From Phaeosaccion multiseriatum (Eukaryota > Protista > Ochrophyta, other classes), in NCBI GenBank assembly GCA_965112735.1, contig OZ218955.1, forward strand, positions 1,364,001-1,428,000: a stretch of DNA of 64,000 nucleotides, written 5' to 3'. Under the pieces are notes generated by a model that ran no database searches, was not told where the DNA came from, and saw nothing but the letters and a program-made list of their open reading frames with translations. The position numbers and the translations under genes were made by a program. Below are positions 15,081 to 28,000 of this stretch, one piece after another. Each line of letters begins with the position of its first letter. Position 1 is the first letter of the stretch.

Positions 15081-16782
15081 TTACTACTACTACTGCTGCT
15101 ACTACTACTACTGCTACTACGACTACTACTACTACTACTACTACTCTCCTTCTTCTACTCCTACTACTACTGGTACCCACCTTGAGTCTTCTCCAGTTCT
15201 CGCCCTTGTCCGTGGCCCCTCTGACATCCGACGACAACGACGCTTCGATCCACTTGGTGGTACTCGCATCGAGGCTCAGAGATGAAATGGCCTGCGCGGT
15301 CGGAGTGTTGAGATCCTCGGGTTGCGACAAGAGGTCGAGGACAAGGTCCAATGAAACCGCCATTTCCGGGCTGATGGCGTCGCCCATTAGCTCGTAGAGG
15401 GTCTTGACGCAGATCTGCAGCGGGGTCTCGAGGGAGGCGGGCACGCTGGTCACCCTCCGTTTGGGCACCACCATGCGACCTTCCATTGAGATGCGTCTGC
15501 CGTCTTCTCTGCTGCCATCTCCCGCTCCTCCCCCTCCTGCTGCTGCCGCCGGTGCTGCTGCTGGTGTTGCTGCCTCGTCCCCCTTGCTGCCCCTGTGGTG
15601 TGAAGCCCTGCGCAGTACGCTCTCGTCGTCCTCGTCGTCGTCATCGTCGAACTGAAGGCCCTTCTGCTCTCGCAGCGGTGGCAAAGGCCCACGCCTCGGC
15701 TCCTTTGCGCCGGAGGCTCCTCCTCCTTCTCCTTCCCCTCCTTCTTTTCCTCCTCCTCCTCCTCCTACTCCTCCTCCTACTCCACCCCCTCCTCTACCCC
15801 CTCCTCCTCCTCCTCCTCCTCCTCCTTCTCCCCCCGCACTGGGGTCGTGGTGTTGGTGGGAGGCGTTCCCATCGTCCGTTGCTGCCAAGTCTTCCATCCC
15901 AATGAAGGCCTCCACATGGATGAGGCTCGATTTGCGGCCCTCCTCGGCCCAACCCAACAGGGCGTCCTCACTGCCTTCTTCGGCTGGAGACGATCCGACG
16001 ACTGTGTATACCGCCCCCTTGCCGGCCTTGGTGCTACTGCCGCTACCCCTGCCACTGCCACTGCCACTAGGACTAGAACTAGTGCTGCCGCTATCGCCGA
16101 TGATGTTACTTATCCGACACGTTTTACCAGCACCACCAACACCCCCTCCCGAGATGATTGAAATTGGGGTTAACAACGCGCGGTCGTCGCCCTCCTCTCC
16201 TACGCTCATATTCTCCGTCTGTGCACAGTTCCCTTGCCGGTCCCCCCCCTCGTAGTGTCCTTGCGCTGATATATCTCCCCCCGGCCCTCCTTCTTGACCC
16301 CGTCCTCCTTCCCCTCCTCCGCTTCCTCCTCCCCCCACTCCTCCCCCTCCCGCTGCTCGTGCTGCTGTTTCTCCGCCAGTGTCCCCTTTCACAGCCGCCC
16401 CCCCCTCGTTCTCCTGCAATGCTAAAATGGGTATGCGTCGCCCCTTCCGATAGTCCCACACGCCCACCACCACCAGCGCCACCGCCCCCAAGCTCAACGA
16501 AGACGGCACGAAGCGCCGCCCCACCATATCCATGATGGCAGAGATGAGCACGAGGATGGTGCTCACCGTGACTATCGAAGCGCCGAGGTGAGTGGCTGTC
16601 GGAAGGGGTCTCCGTCTTCCTCCGGCCCTCTGCCCAGTGGCACTACCACCGCCACCGCCGCCGCCGCCCCTGTCCCACACTTGCGCAGCCCCTGCCTGTT
16701 GTTGATGGGGCTGCGCCTGCTGTGGCTGCTGTGTTGGCGGCTGCACACCCATTGGCACGCCTCCTGTGGATGCCGGTGGCAT
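10095..16782 (-). CDS. Class I 3',5'-cyclic nucleotide phosphodiesterase with N-terminal transmembrane segments
   Basis: Exons 16782-15181, 14586-14113, 13382-13227, 12945-12805, 12321-12154, 11673-11502, 11138-11023, 10732-10595, 10358-10095 join in frame at GT-AG. Motifs [55 protein letters not shown]. Start codon uncertain. Confidence 0.93.
13403..13737. repeat. Intronic (GGGA)n array, read as (CCCT)n on the PDE sense strand just before the acceptor
   Basis: Directly visible; a similar array lies at 12325-12512. Confidence 0.95.
14987..15170. repeat. Intronic (CTA)n array
   Basis: Directly visible next to the PDE exon 1 donor. Confidence 0.95.
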
Positions 16783-17447
16783 CGTCCCTGTCAGTTCTAT
16801 TGACCGCCCTCTGGGGCGTTCCGTGTGCCCGCTGCTTCCTCCGGAGCTACTGCTGCAGCAGCCCCTGTGACCTCGTCAGCAACGCCATGCCCCCAGCTTC
16901 GCGACCCAGGTCACTCAACCCGTGCGTTTTCGGCCTGGGGCAAGAGCTGGGCCAATATGAGCCCACTCCAGGAGCCCCTGTCTCCCAAGTGGATCGTCTC
17001 TGCCGACGACGCCCACCTCCCCAGGCCACGCTGGCCTCTCGGAGACTCCCCGTATGCGAACCTCTGCTTTGGACGCCTCCCTCCCGTGTCCTTTCCCTCT
17101 TTAGTGCGTGTCCTCTGACCTTCCTCCTTCCCTATCCCCTCCTCTACAGGCCCAACTTCATTTCCCTTCGTTGCCAAGGACCCGTCTCTGCTCTGCCCTC
17201 AAAGTCTACTTATCTTTCTCTCCTGCTACTCTCTACTTCCTCAGCAACCTCGCGTTATAGAGCCTCCTATTGGACCCTGGCAACACCCGAGGTTTTAACA
17301 TCCGAGAAAAAGGAAACGCCCCTCCAAAACGAAACACGAAACTGGTTCGCTCCCTTGACATAGGAAGGAAAAGTAATTTCTCTCGATTCTCTCCCTCAAT
17401 CCCCCCGCATTCTCTCACCTTGCGGAGCCAACAACGATACAGAAATC

Positions 17448-18549
17448 ATGTCTGAAAACAAGTGCGCGTCGGACGTGTGGGACAACCACTTCGCCGCCTT
17501 CGCCGCCGCTGATGTGAGTCGAATCTTCGAATCTCCCGCCGCTTTCTTGCTTTCTTTTTCTTCCCTCCCATCTCTCATCCCCCCTTCTGTCTCGTTCGCT
17601 CCGTAAGGTGGACAAGTGCATGATCGACTACACGGAAGCCTCAGTGATACACTTCTTCGACCAAGCCAAGGAGGTAGAAGAGGGCGTGAACCCACGCAAG
17701 TACACGGGCTTGGAAGGTACGTACCCTGTCGGTCACGCTCGCTTTTTACTCCCGCACCCGCCCACCCAACTCATCCTGGGCCCTCTTGTCCCGCACTCTC
17801 CCTCCTTTTCGCTTGCCGCATGATGGCTGGCACAGAGGTGAAGCAGTTCTTCGTGGGGGTGTTCGCAAAGCTGGACGGAAAGAGGGACGACCTTGCAGCT
17901 CCAGGTGCGTACAAGCATATACTCTTCTATATGTATCAGGGATACGATGACGGGGCCAACACACACATGTGTACACACAAGACCCCCAAACTCTCTTTTC
18001 CTCCTTCCTCCTGTTTTGCTTCTTGCTAGTGCAAGTCCGTCTCGCGTGAGAGGCGTCCGAGAGGGTGGACAGGGGACAGCGCTACGGATAGCGACGTCCA
18101 CCCGCGGTGTGGGGGCGGACTGGGTTCCTCCCCCCTCCTCCCGCCCTCTCCCTTCTCACCCCCTGTGTCTCTCCTTTCCTTCCTCTCTTCCTCCCTCCCT
18201 CCCTCTCTCACCCTCCCTCCCACCCCTCGCCAACCCTCTCCCTCTCTGGTCGACCCAACTTGCTCAGTGATCCTGTCCAGCGACACGCCCAGGCACACGT
18301 TTCTGGCCTGGAGGGCTCCAATGGCCGGTTTCCTCGATGCCACAGGTGGGCGGCAATTGGACAAAACAAGCAGCAGAAGAAGTAGGAGTAGGGACAGAGG
18401 TAGTAAGGAGAAGAAGAGGAGAAACAAGCCCACATGTCCCCGAGAAAGGCATGTAGGGGGGATGAATGTCTCACGGAATTGATGTGCCCTACAGTACTGT
18501 ATCGACTTACGCTCGTATACTTCTGAATCGTCTCTCTCTGTATGTGTGT

Positions 18550-18585
<36 letters not shown>

Positions 18586-18739
18586 CGTCTCTCTCTCTCT
18601 CTCTCTCTCTGTCTCCGTCTCTCTCTCTCTCTCTATCTCTCTCTCTCCGTCTCTCTCTCTCTCTCCATCTCTAGATACCTTCATCTATGACGACAATCTG
18701 AAGATCGCGGCCCAGACTGTTGTCGTCCGCACCAAATAG
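17448..18739 (+). CDS. SnoaL-like / NTF2-fold small protein
   Basis: Five exons join to MSENKCASDVWDNHFAAFAAADVDKCMIDYTEASVIHFFDQ...EVKQFFVGVF...FLAWRAP..FLDATDTFIYDDNLKIAAQTVVVRTK*. The pattern H..AF...DVD..M.DY...DTF....KI..QT is typical of SnoaL/NTF2-like proteins. Confidence 0.8.
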
Positions 18740-19470
18740 CAACTGCGAGCCGCACATCTATTCTACCGTTCCACGTTTCGTACATGTAAATCGCCCCCGC
18801 GTGGCTATCGTAAGGGCAGCTAAAGTATCTGTATGTCGTATGGGTGAGGCATCAGGAGCAGCAGCAGCAGCGGCAGCAGGAGGAGGAGCAGGAGGAGGAG
18901 GGAGAGGAGAGAAAGTTTCACGGTAGCGTGAAGGTCACTTTTTTGTAGCGCGTTGAATCCGCATGTGGTCCTCCTGCCTTGTGGTGCGGAGGAGGTGCAG
19001 ATCGGTCGTAAGTTTCACGTTTATCCTTATCCTGTGGCCCTACCAATTGTGCCTCGCTGAAGAAGATCAAAATTGATCACACTGCTGGAGGTTCGTTGAT
19101 TCATTCAATCAGGAATTGGTCCTTCCTTGTGGTGTGGAGGAGGTGAAGATGGGTCAATCGCTTTCACCTCCCGCGCTACGTGGATTGGCAAGGATGGTGT
19201 TTAGGTAGGGGACTTAGAGTTCGACTTTAGACTTTAGTCTGTGAGAATTAGCGAGAAGGAGGCATACACAATCGGATAGCCGGAAGAGTTTAGCTTTCAT
19301 CTCCCTTCCAAAGCCTTGTTGATAGTCTTAATTTTAGTGAATTAATAAAAATAAAAATACGCACTCTGTGCGATGCGATAGTAACATCGTAACAAATACA
19401 AAAATGGTTATCAGCGAAAAGCGCTTCATCATTGCTTCTTCATCGCCGCCGAAGCAGCCGAAGGACTTCA

Positions 19471-19863
19471 TCATTGCTTCTTCATCGCCGCCGAAGCAGC
19501 CGAAGGACGCACCATTGGCCCCACCCCCCCTCCTCCTCCCCTCCCTCCTGTTGCCGGCCCCCCGGGTCCTGCGCCCACCCCCACCCCTCCGCCCGCCCTC
19601 CCCCCTCCAGTGGAGTACATTTGAACAGGTCTGGGCGGTGGAGCTCTGCTGTGCATTCCCATCATGCCCGGCCCCGCTGCATTGGCATTCACCGGCCCCA
19701 TTGCCCCCCCTGGTCTACTCCGCAGGCGGACATTTGCATTGACTGGACCTGGGCCTCCGGGGCCCACCCCTCCCTGAGCGGAGTATGTGACTCCTGAGCT
19801 GTATCCCGCCCCCTGAGTATCGCTCTCTCCTCCTGCAGAAGATAGAGGGACAGAGAGGGGAGA

Positions 19864-19911
<48 letters not shown>

Positions 19912-21191
19912 AGAGCAGAGAGGGAAGGAGGGAGAGAGGAAGAGAGGGGGAGGGAGAGAGAGGGGAAGGGGGGGGGGGCAGAGAAGGAAGGTAAAGAGAG
20001 AGGGTTGAGAAACGTCATTTCGTCGGCACTTTACTCCCTTGCCTCATCCGTCGTCCCCCTCCCCCGCCGACCACCGAGCATCGACCACGGAGGTATCAAT
20101 CAATTCATTCACCTCCTCACGGACTTGCTCATTCCCTTTTGCTGCTTGAGGGGCTTTCCCTGCACTCAACACCCCACGCACCCCCCTTGTCCTTCTCCTT
20201 CTCCTTCTCCTCCTCTTCATCCTCCCTCTCCTCCTCCTCCTCCTCCTCCTCCTCCTCCTCCTCCTCTTCTTCTTCTTCTTCTTCTTCTTCTTCTTCTTCT
20301 TCTTCCTCTTGTGCCAGCTCTCAGCCCTCCCGTCGATCGATCGACTGTGTCAATGCTGCAGGTCCATGCCGCGGTTCATGTGTGTAGGTATCAATCACTA
20401 CTCACTACGCGCAAACGATACACACACTCACACACTCACCCATCATGTTGCTTCCCTGAATATGCCCCACTACCTCACAATCACACTAACCCATCATGCT
20501 GTTTCCCTCAATATGCCCCACTACCTCACAATCACACTCACCCATCATGTTGTTTCCCTCAATATGCCCCACTACCTCACAATCACACTCAATCTCTCTC
20601 TCACACACACACACACTCACCCATCATGTTGTTTCCCTCAATATGCCCCACTACCTCACAATCACACTCAATCTCTCTCTCTCACACACACACACACTCA
20701 CCCATCATGTTGTTTCCCTCAATATCTCCCCCCCCAAAGTCGTCCCCTCCCTCCTTGAGCACGGTGCCATTCCTTGCCGCTACCGCCCTTGCCACCGGAG
20801 GCCGAAAAGTGGCGTGAAGCAAGCAAATTGTGCCCCCCAAGAACAGGCTCCACTGCAGGCGGAAAATGTAACCCGTCACACTCAGTAGGAGTACGCTCAG
20901 GACCGTCGCTAGGCCGACCTTCTCTTTGAGCCCCAGGCGGACGGCGCCATCGCCGAGGATGAGGGGGGGGCTCCGGCGGGTGACAAAGACCCACGCAAAA
21001 CATGCGCCAGAGAAGGCGAGGGTGAGGAGAAGGCCCGGGGAGGTGATTATGTAAAAGACGGAGAGGGCAAAGCAAATGAGAAAGTAGTTTGTTTTGAAGA
21101 AGGACGCATTGGTCTCGAGGCGCCGTTGGACGTCGGCTTGCGTCCACTTTGGGGAAGCAACATGTCCCACAAACTCGGCTGTGGGAAACAG

Positions 21192-21231
<40 letters not shown>

Positions 21232-21929
21232 GGAGGAAGGGGATGAGGGGCAGCGCGTGCGTAGCGCAAGTGGTGAACATGTGGGGTGGCCGGAGGGGGT
21301 GTTCTCAGGGGCAGAAGGTACGACACGTGAAACAATATCTCTCCGTCGCGTTGCTCCATCCCAACCCCCACAGGTTCCAAGGTTGGAGCACCTCAAGGCT
21401 CCTTCGTCTGCCCTTGTTCCCCCTCAGCACCCCCACAGAACAAGCTCTCTCCTTTCCCCTTTCTTGGTTCCCCTTTCCTCCCGCACTGGTGCTTACCTGC
21501 TGGTCTGATCTCGTTGATGAGATGGCGCTTGAGGAGCACGCCGAGATTTCCCACCTCATCGGCTGCACAGGCAGGGAATCAACGAATGAGTCGGGGAGGG
21601 GGTGTGAGAGAAACGAGGAAAGAGGGAGCGAAGGGGGGAAGGCGTAGCGAGGGAGAGAGAGCGGGGGGGAAGAGCACGTCAGCTGAGCGGGTGGGTAAGC
21701 TTCGGAAAATATCGGATGAGATGGGTGGGTGCAGACGTGCGTGCAAGAGAGGCAAATAAGAGAGGAGGGGAAGCGAGAGCAAACAAAATGGAGCCAAAAA
21801 CAAAACGGCGTGCGCGGAAAGGGAAGCTTCTCCAGAGTAGGGTTCCAGCCCTCGCGTTTCCTCGACCGCAGATCTGCAGTGGAACTCTCTTCCACCCTCA
21901 CCTCCTTTGTTGCCGATGACATCCCTCAT
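19471..21929 (-). CDS. PRA1-family (prenylated Rab acceptor) membrane protein
   Basis: Exons ~21929-21902, ~21562-21497, 21178-20702, 19832-19471. Motifs IRPAAEF, RRLETNASFFKTNY, hydrophobic segments and LLHATFR. 5' end uncertain. Confidence 0.85.
20431..20725. repeat. Five tandem copies (51-82 bp) containing the PRA1 exon end and 5' splice site
   Basis: CACACT(C/A)ACCCATCATG(T/C)TG(T/C)TTCCCT(C/G)AATAT at ~20431, 20482, 20533, 20612, 20693. Confidence 0.92.
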
Positions 21930-22481
21930 ACGTCCCGCCTTTCCTCCCAAATAATGCCCGCAGAGGGAGAGAGTAAAGTCGTAAAGTCGGAAGTGGGAAA
22001 AACTGAAACTGCAATTCCATCCTCTTCTCCCTTCCAAAGCCGACAAATACCACAGCGAAGAGTCTTGAACGACGAGAGCAAACATGTCTGCATGCTTGAG
22101 AACACTCACCCTAGCGCGGGCAACAGCGGCGCAATCGCAGGTCGGTTGGAGCAGTTTGCTCCGCCAAACACCAACCTTACTCCCCAAGGGTGTTTTGCGA
22201 CGTAGTTTGCCCCTCCTCTTCTCCTCCCCCCCCCCCCCCTCCTCCTCCTCCCCATCTCTTCTCAATTGCTTTTTTGAGCTCTCTGGTATGCTGTTTCCTT
22301 TGCCTGCCTCCCAGACTCCCTGCCAAGTGTGCCCTGTTGCCGACAAGCCCCCTTTCCGTGCGTATTGCCCCCCCACTGCCCGGCGCTTGTCCCTGACTAA
22401 GAACCCTTTGTAACAGCACCAAACACACCGAGATGCTACTGCTTAACCTGTCTCTCACATCTTCCTTCCCCTTTCTTTGGC

Positions 22482-23706
22482 ATGGCATTCACTCAGGCGC
22501 GCACTCAGGCGCGTACTTTCGTGACCCGCACCGTACCCAAGCAGGGGGGAGGGCATGACCATGTGAGTACAGGGGGGAGGGGGGGTGGGACAGGTAGCAA
22601 CAATCAAAGGCGTGTAGGAATGTGTTTCGAATCTTCTCTTTCCATCTCTCTCTCTCTCTCTCTGTGCCAGTGTGTTGTCTCTCTTTGTCTGCATATATGC
22701 AGCTCTCTTCCTCCCCCCCCCTCTGTCCCTTCTATCCTCCTTCCATTGCCGACAGCAAGCAACCTGCGCGCTCTCAAACGTATCATGCCTCCCCCAACTC
22801 CCTCCCAACTGCACTAAACGTTACAGAAAGTCTTCTCAGACGGGCCCTTCCCCAAGTTCGCCACCGGGTTAACCACTGCCATCATCTACTTTGGAGGGTG
22901 GGGTGTCGTCATCGGTGCTGCCAAAATCCAAAACAGAAAGTGAGTGGGTGAGGGAGAGGGGGGGGGGAGGGGAGGGAGGGAGGAAGGGAGGGGAAGAACG
23001 GAACGAGGGTGGGAGGGAGGGGGTGAGTAAGTGGGTCAGTGAGGAAGCGAGAAAGTAAGTAAGGAAGCGAGTGACTAAGTGAGGGAGTGGGAGAGCGAAT
23101 GATTTTGATGGGTGGGTGAGGGACAGAGACTCGAGTGAGTGATTGCATCATGGGAGTGAGTTTCAATACGTACGTGAGAGTGAGTGATTGCATCATGGGA
23201 GTGAGTTTCAATACGTACGTGAGGGGGGGAGGATGGGAGGGAGAGAGGCTACTGTGAGTGCATGCGGGGGGAGAGGATAGCAGTGAGTGCCTTGGTGATT
23301 GCTGGTTTGAGGGAGTGAGGGTGTGACGAGTGAGTGAGTATGTGTGTGAGTGAGTGGGTGAGTGAGTGAGGGAGTATGTGAGTGAGTGCGTGAATGAGTG
23401 AACATGTGTGTGAGTGAGTGAGTGTGTGTGAGTTGTGAGGAATGAGTGAGTGAGTGAGCGAGTGAGTGAGTATGTGTGTGTGTGAGTGAGTATGATGTGT
23501 GAATGAGTCACTATGAGGTGTGAGTGGGTAATGATGGAATGGTCTTCCCTCACCACGTGCCCCACGTGTCTGCACCCCCCCCCTGTCCCCTCTCTCCCAC
23601 CTCTGCTCTATTTTCTCTCCTTGTTCCCTCCCCCCCCCCCGCCTCTGCTTGCTCGGCGGTCTCTCTCGTCGCTCGCTGCAGGGGCGGCTTTGACGATGCC
23701 ATGTGA
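22482..23706 (+). CDS. Small single-TM mitochondrial protein, cytochrome c oxidase subunit VIIc-like (72 aa)
   Basis: Exons 22482-22562, 22827-22939, 23682-23706 give MAFTQARTQARTFVTRTVPKQGGGHDHKVFSDGPFPKFATGLTTAIIYFGGWGVVIGAAKIQNRKGGFDDAM*. Arg-rich presequence and one TM helix; family call by recalled resemblance only. Confidence 0.65.
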
Positions 23707-25006
23707 AGCGCTTATTGAATGGCCACATCGAATCAATCCATTGCTCCTGACAGCGAAAAGTGCAGCCTGCTTTTCCACCACCACGTGTGTATGTACTTGC
23801 CCCCCCGTGGGCGGTAGATGGCGGCATATGGGCGGTGCATTGCCGGTGGGGCCACCACCACAGGGTCTTACCTCCCGTGTTCTGCAACCGTCTGAGTGCT
23901 TGCAAGGTATTGCGGAGATGCAATGCTATGAAATGAAGCACGAGGATAGGCATTGGAGAGAGGGAGATGGGGCGATGGGCGAATGAGGATGGGGTTGAGT
24001 AGTACCTTGTGCGTAGGAGAAGGAGGAGAACAAGGGCTCTCAGGCCCCAACCGCTCTCCGCATGTTCAGCGCTCTTCTTTGTAGTCAATGGGCCTTCCTC
24101 CCTTCTTCCTTTGCCCCCGCCTTGCGTCCCCTCCCCACCACCCCACTCTTGCACTCCCCACTCTAATATATTTCGATCACTACGATACATATGGCTTGTC
24201 TTTTCTCTTCGTTCTGCCCTTCTGGCTATTTCTTCCGCCCTCCGCCCTCATAAAATTTTCGCACTTCGTCCCAAAGGTTTCCATGCTGGGATGTCCCTCC
24301 CCCAATTCTCTCAACCCTCCCTGCGTGCCCTTCTGTCCTCCTATGGGAGAGTCCACAGGGTGGTCGCTTTGCGGCGCCTTAATGAAAGGCGTGTTAGCGG
24401 ACGCTCTGGGGAGGGGAGTGTGGCACTAATAGCAAAAGAAGGAGGTCCTTCCAGAGAGAGAGAGAGAGAGGCAAAAAGAAGTAGCGCTGGAAGGCCTTGG
24501 CTCGGGCCGAAGGAAAGAGAGGTTAGAAGAGAGGGAAGGCAGGACGAAGGCTGCAGCAGGGAGTGCTGGAGGCGAGCTCGAAGACAGCTGTACGGCTTTC
24601 GGTGTAGACGGGCGGGATTTGCTGAGAACGTGGTGGGTGAGGACGAAGCACGCGGGAGAGGCTTCAACTCAGCACTCGCAGAGGAGCTGCTGCTTTTTCA
24701 GGAGCAGCAAGCAGCAGCAGCGCTGGGATCCGCAGGAAGCAGCCGCATCTTACGCGCGCTACATCCTTTTAGGTGGGTTTATCTTTCTTCCGTCAAACGG
24801 ATTATTTTCCTGCTGCGAGACGTCCTGTTGAGCTCGTCCTTGTTGCGTTCATGCAGGCATACGTTTGACTGATGCACCCTCTCCTTCCTCTCCCTCTCCC
24901 TCTCCCTCACCTCTCTCGCTCTCTCCCTCACCTCTCTCCCTCTCTCTCCTGCCTCTGTTGACAGGCGCTGTAGCCAAAGGGGGGGGGAGGCCCCAACGTG
25001 CGTAGC

Positions 25007-28000
25007 ATGAGCTCCTCTCAACCTCCGAAACAAGCGGATCCTGAAGTAGTACCAAAGGCAAGGGCCATGCAACACCCGGGTCCCGAAGTAGTAGGAGAGG
25101 CAAGGACCAAGCAAGGCCCGAAACACCAACTGCTCATCCGCGCTCGGCAAGACTCTCAGACACCACCCGACAGCAAGAGGCCAGGCGAGCACGAGAAGGA
25201 GCAGGAGCAGGAGGGGGAGCAGGGTACAAGGCTGCCTCAGCCGTCCGAGTGTTGCCGCCCAAAGGACGAGCCAGTCACAGCGCAGCAGCACGAGCAGCAG
25301 CGCGGGCAGCGTGAGTACAGTGCTTCCCTCTCTGCCACGTCATCCCTCCTGCGAAGGACTCGTTCTTCAGACGGGGGGGGATCTGGGGGAGGAGGTAGAA
25401 GAAGCAGGGGCGTGGGGGGGAGGGAGGCTGGCAGTTGCATTAGCAGCAGCAGCAGCAGCAGCTGCAGCAGCAGCTGTAACAGTAGCAAAGGGCCCACTAT
25501 CAACGAACGTCAAAGCGAGACAGCGTTAGGCGGGGGGGGGCAACTGGAGGAGGGGCGGTTGGCTCGAGGGGCAAAGGGGAGTGACGAGCAGGAGGAGGAA
25601 GAGACCAAAGAAGGAAGGAGGGACAAGGGCAGGAGGTGGTGGGTGCGCGTGTTGCGGAAGGCAAGGAGCCTATTTGGGGGGGGGGGGGGGGAAGGAGGAG
25701 GAGGAAGAGGAGGAAGAGGAGGAGGAGGAGGAGGAAGAAGAAGATGAAGAAGAGGAAGAAGAAGAAGAGGATGAGGATGAGGAGGAAGAGGAAGAAGAAG
25801 AGGAGGAGGAAGAGGAGGAGAGGAGCGAAGAAAGGCACCCCATGAACGCGAGCAGCAAAAAGAAGTGGTGGAGCAGCAACTGCCTTCCTCGAAGAAAGAG
25901 ACGGAGGACGGAGAGTAGTACCCACTCGGAGCCCGCCTTCTCTTGGGGCCAAGCAGTAGTAAGAGGAGTGAGGGGGGTAAGGGGGGTAGGCGGGGGGAGG
26001 AGCAAGTGGGGGAGGTCGCGGGAGTGGAGCGAGGCCACCTTCGATCCTTCCGTTCAGCTCGACGGCACGGATGGACGCGAGACAACCGGCACTGGCAGCA
26101 CTCGCACCTCTTCATCGCAATCGATGCCCCCAGCCCTAGAACCTTCCCTACCGGCGTCATTGTCTTCGCTGTCACTATCCTCCTCCTCCTCCTCCTCAGC
26201 GCCTTCACCATCGCCTGCACCCGGCGCTGCTACTGGGGCAGTCATCCCCAACTCAAAGGGAGGAAGAGGAGCAATGGGGGAAGGAGGTGCGGGTGAGGGC
26301 GCTGCTTTAGGGGGTTCTTTTGGCAGCGTCCACTCAAAGGGAGGAAGAGCCGTGCTAATGAGGTCTGGTGGTGGTAGCTCTTTCGGCAGCGTCCACTCAA
26401 AGGGGGGAAGAGCCGTGGTGGAGGGTGGTGGGAGTTCTTTTGGCAGCGCCCAATCGAAGGGAGGAAGAGTCGTACTGGTTCAACCAGGCGGTGGCGGTGG
26501 TGCTTCTTTCGGCAGCGCCCACTCGAAAGGAGGACGGGAAGTAGTGGGGGGAAGAGCGGCTGGTGGAGGGTCTACTTTTGGCAGTGCCCAATCAAAGGGA
26601 GGGGCTTCGTTTGGCAGCGCTCAGTCAAAGGGAGGAAGAGGCGTGCTGGGGGTGCCAGCTGGGAGAGGTGAGTCCTCTGGCAGCGTCCACTCAAAGGGAG
26701 GAAGAGCAGCGGTGGAGGGAGCTGGTGGCGATGGTTCGTTTCGCAGCGCCCAGTCAAAGGGAGGAAGAGCAGTGGTGGCTGTGCCAGCTGCCCCTGCTGT
26801 TGCTGCTGCTGCTGCTGCTGCTGCCCCAGTGGTTGAAGCACCGGTAGCGGAAACACCAGCTGTAGTCGAAGCGCCAGCCGACCCCAAGCTCGAGCCCGAA
26901 CCCCAGCCCTCCGAATCAACAGACGACAACAGTACGCATTGTTCCTACGAACAAGAGGAAGAGCTGCCGCCCCAGGAACAACATCAATATGAGAGCGAAG
27001 ATGGGTCCTACCTACACCGCCGCATCATCACCCCCCTCGAGGAGGGGGAGGCGAGAGGCTTGGACAGGGAGGAAGACAACTCAACAGTAGGGCCTCGGAC
27101 CGGCAGCAGCGACGCCCCCCTGGAGAGTAGTAGCAGTGCCCCCCCGGGGATGAGTACCGCCAACCTTCGAATCACCGTTCCCGCTCGACCCGCCTCACCA
27201 CCCATACGCACGCACCCACCCACACGGACCCCCACCCCGGGAGGGCTGCCGTCGGGTTTCGGGTCAGGGTCGGGGTCTTGGTCATCAGGGTCGGGATCGT
27301 CCCACAAGAGAGGAAGAGCCAAGACAAGCCGAGTACCGCCTCCACCGGGGAAGCTGCCCGACCTGCAAAGCTTTGCCAACGCCATGCGGGAGCTGTTCAA
27401 AGCCCCGGGGGGTGCGGAGCTCGCTGGGGCGTTGTCTCTGCTGCGAGAGAGGGAGGGACAGGCGCGGGCGTCTGAAGATGCATTTCGGGAGAGGCAACAA
27501 GACGTTGTTGCGCAGGTGGGAGTGTGTGTGTGCGTGTGTGTGGGAGTGTGTGTGTGCGCGTGTGTGTGTGTGGGGGGGGGGGGGGGGGGGGGTGTGCGTG
27601 AGTGGATTGATGGGAGTGTTTGTGTGTGGGTGTGTGGGTGAGTGGATTGGTGGGAGTGTGTGTGCGGGTGTGTGGGTGAGTGGATTGGTGGGAGTGTGTG
27701 TGCGGGTGTGTGCGTGAGTGGATTGGTGGGAGTGTGTGTGTGGGTGTGTGGGTGAGTGGATTGGTGGGAGTGTGTGTGTGGGTGTGTGGGTGAGTGGATT
27801 GGTGGGAGTGTGTGTGTGTGGGTGTGTGGGTGAGTGGATTGGTGGGAGTGTGTGTGCGGGTGTGTGGGTGAGTGGATTGGTGGGAGTGTGTGTGCGGGTG
27901 TGTGCGTGAGTGGATTGGTGGGAGTGTGTGTGTGGGTGTGTGGGTGAGTGGATTGGTGGGAGTGTGTGTGTGGGTGTGTGGGTGAGTGGATTGGTGGGAG

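Noticed and set aside
25676-25692. Programmed frameshift or pseudogene break in the large hypothetical gene
   Set aside because: The break falls in a long G homopolymer, so a sequencing length error is the simplest explanation.
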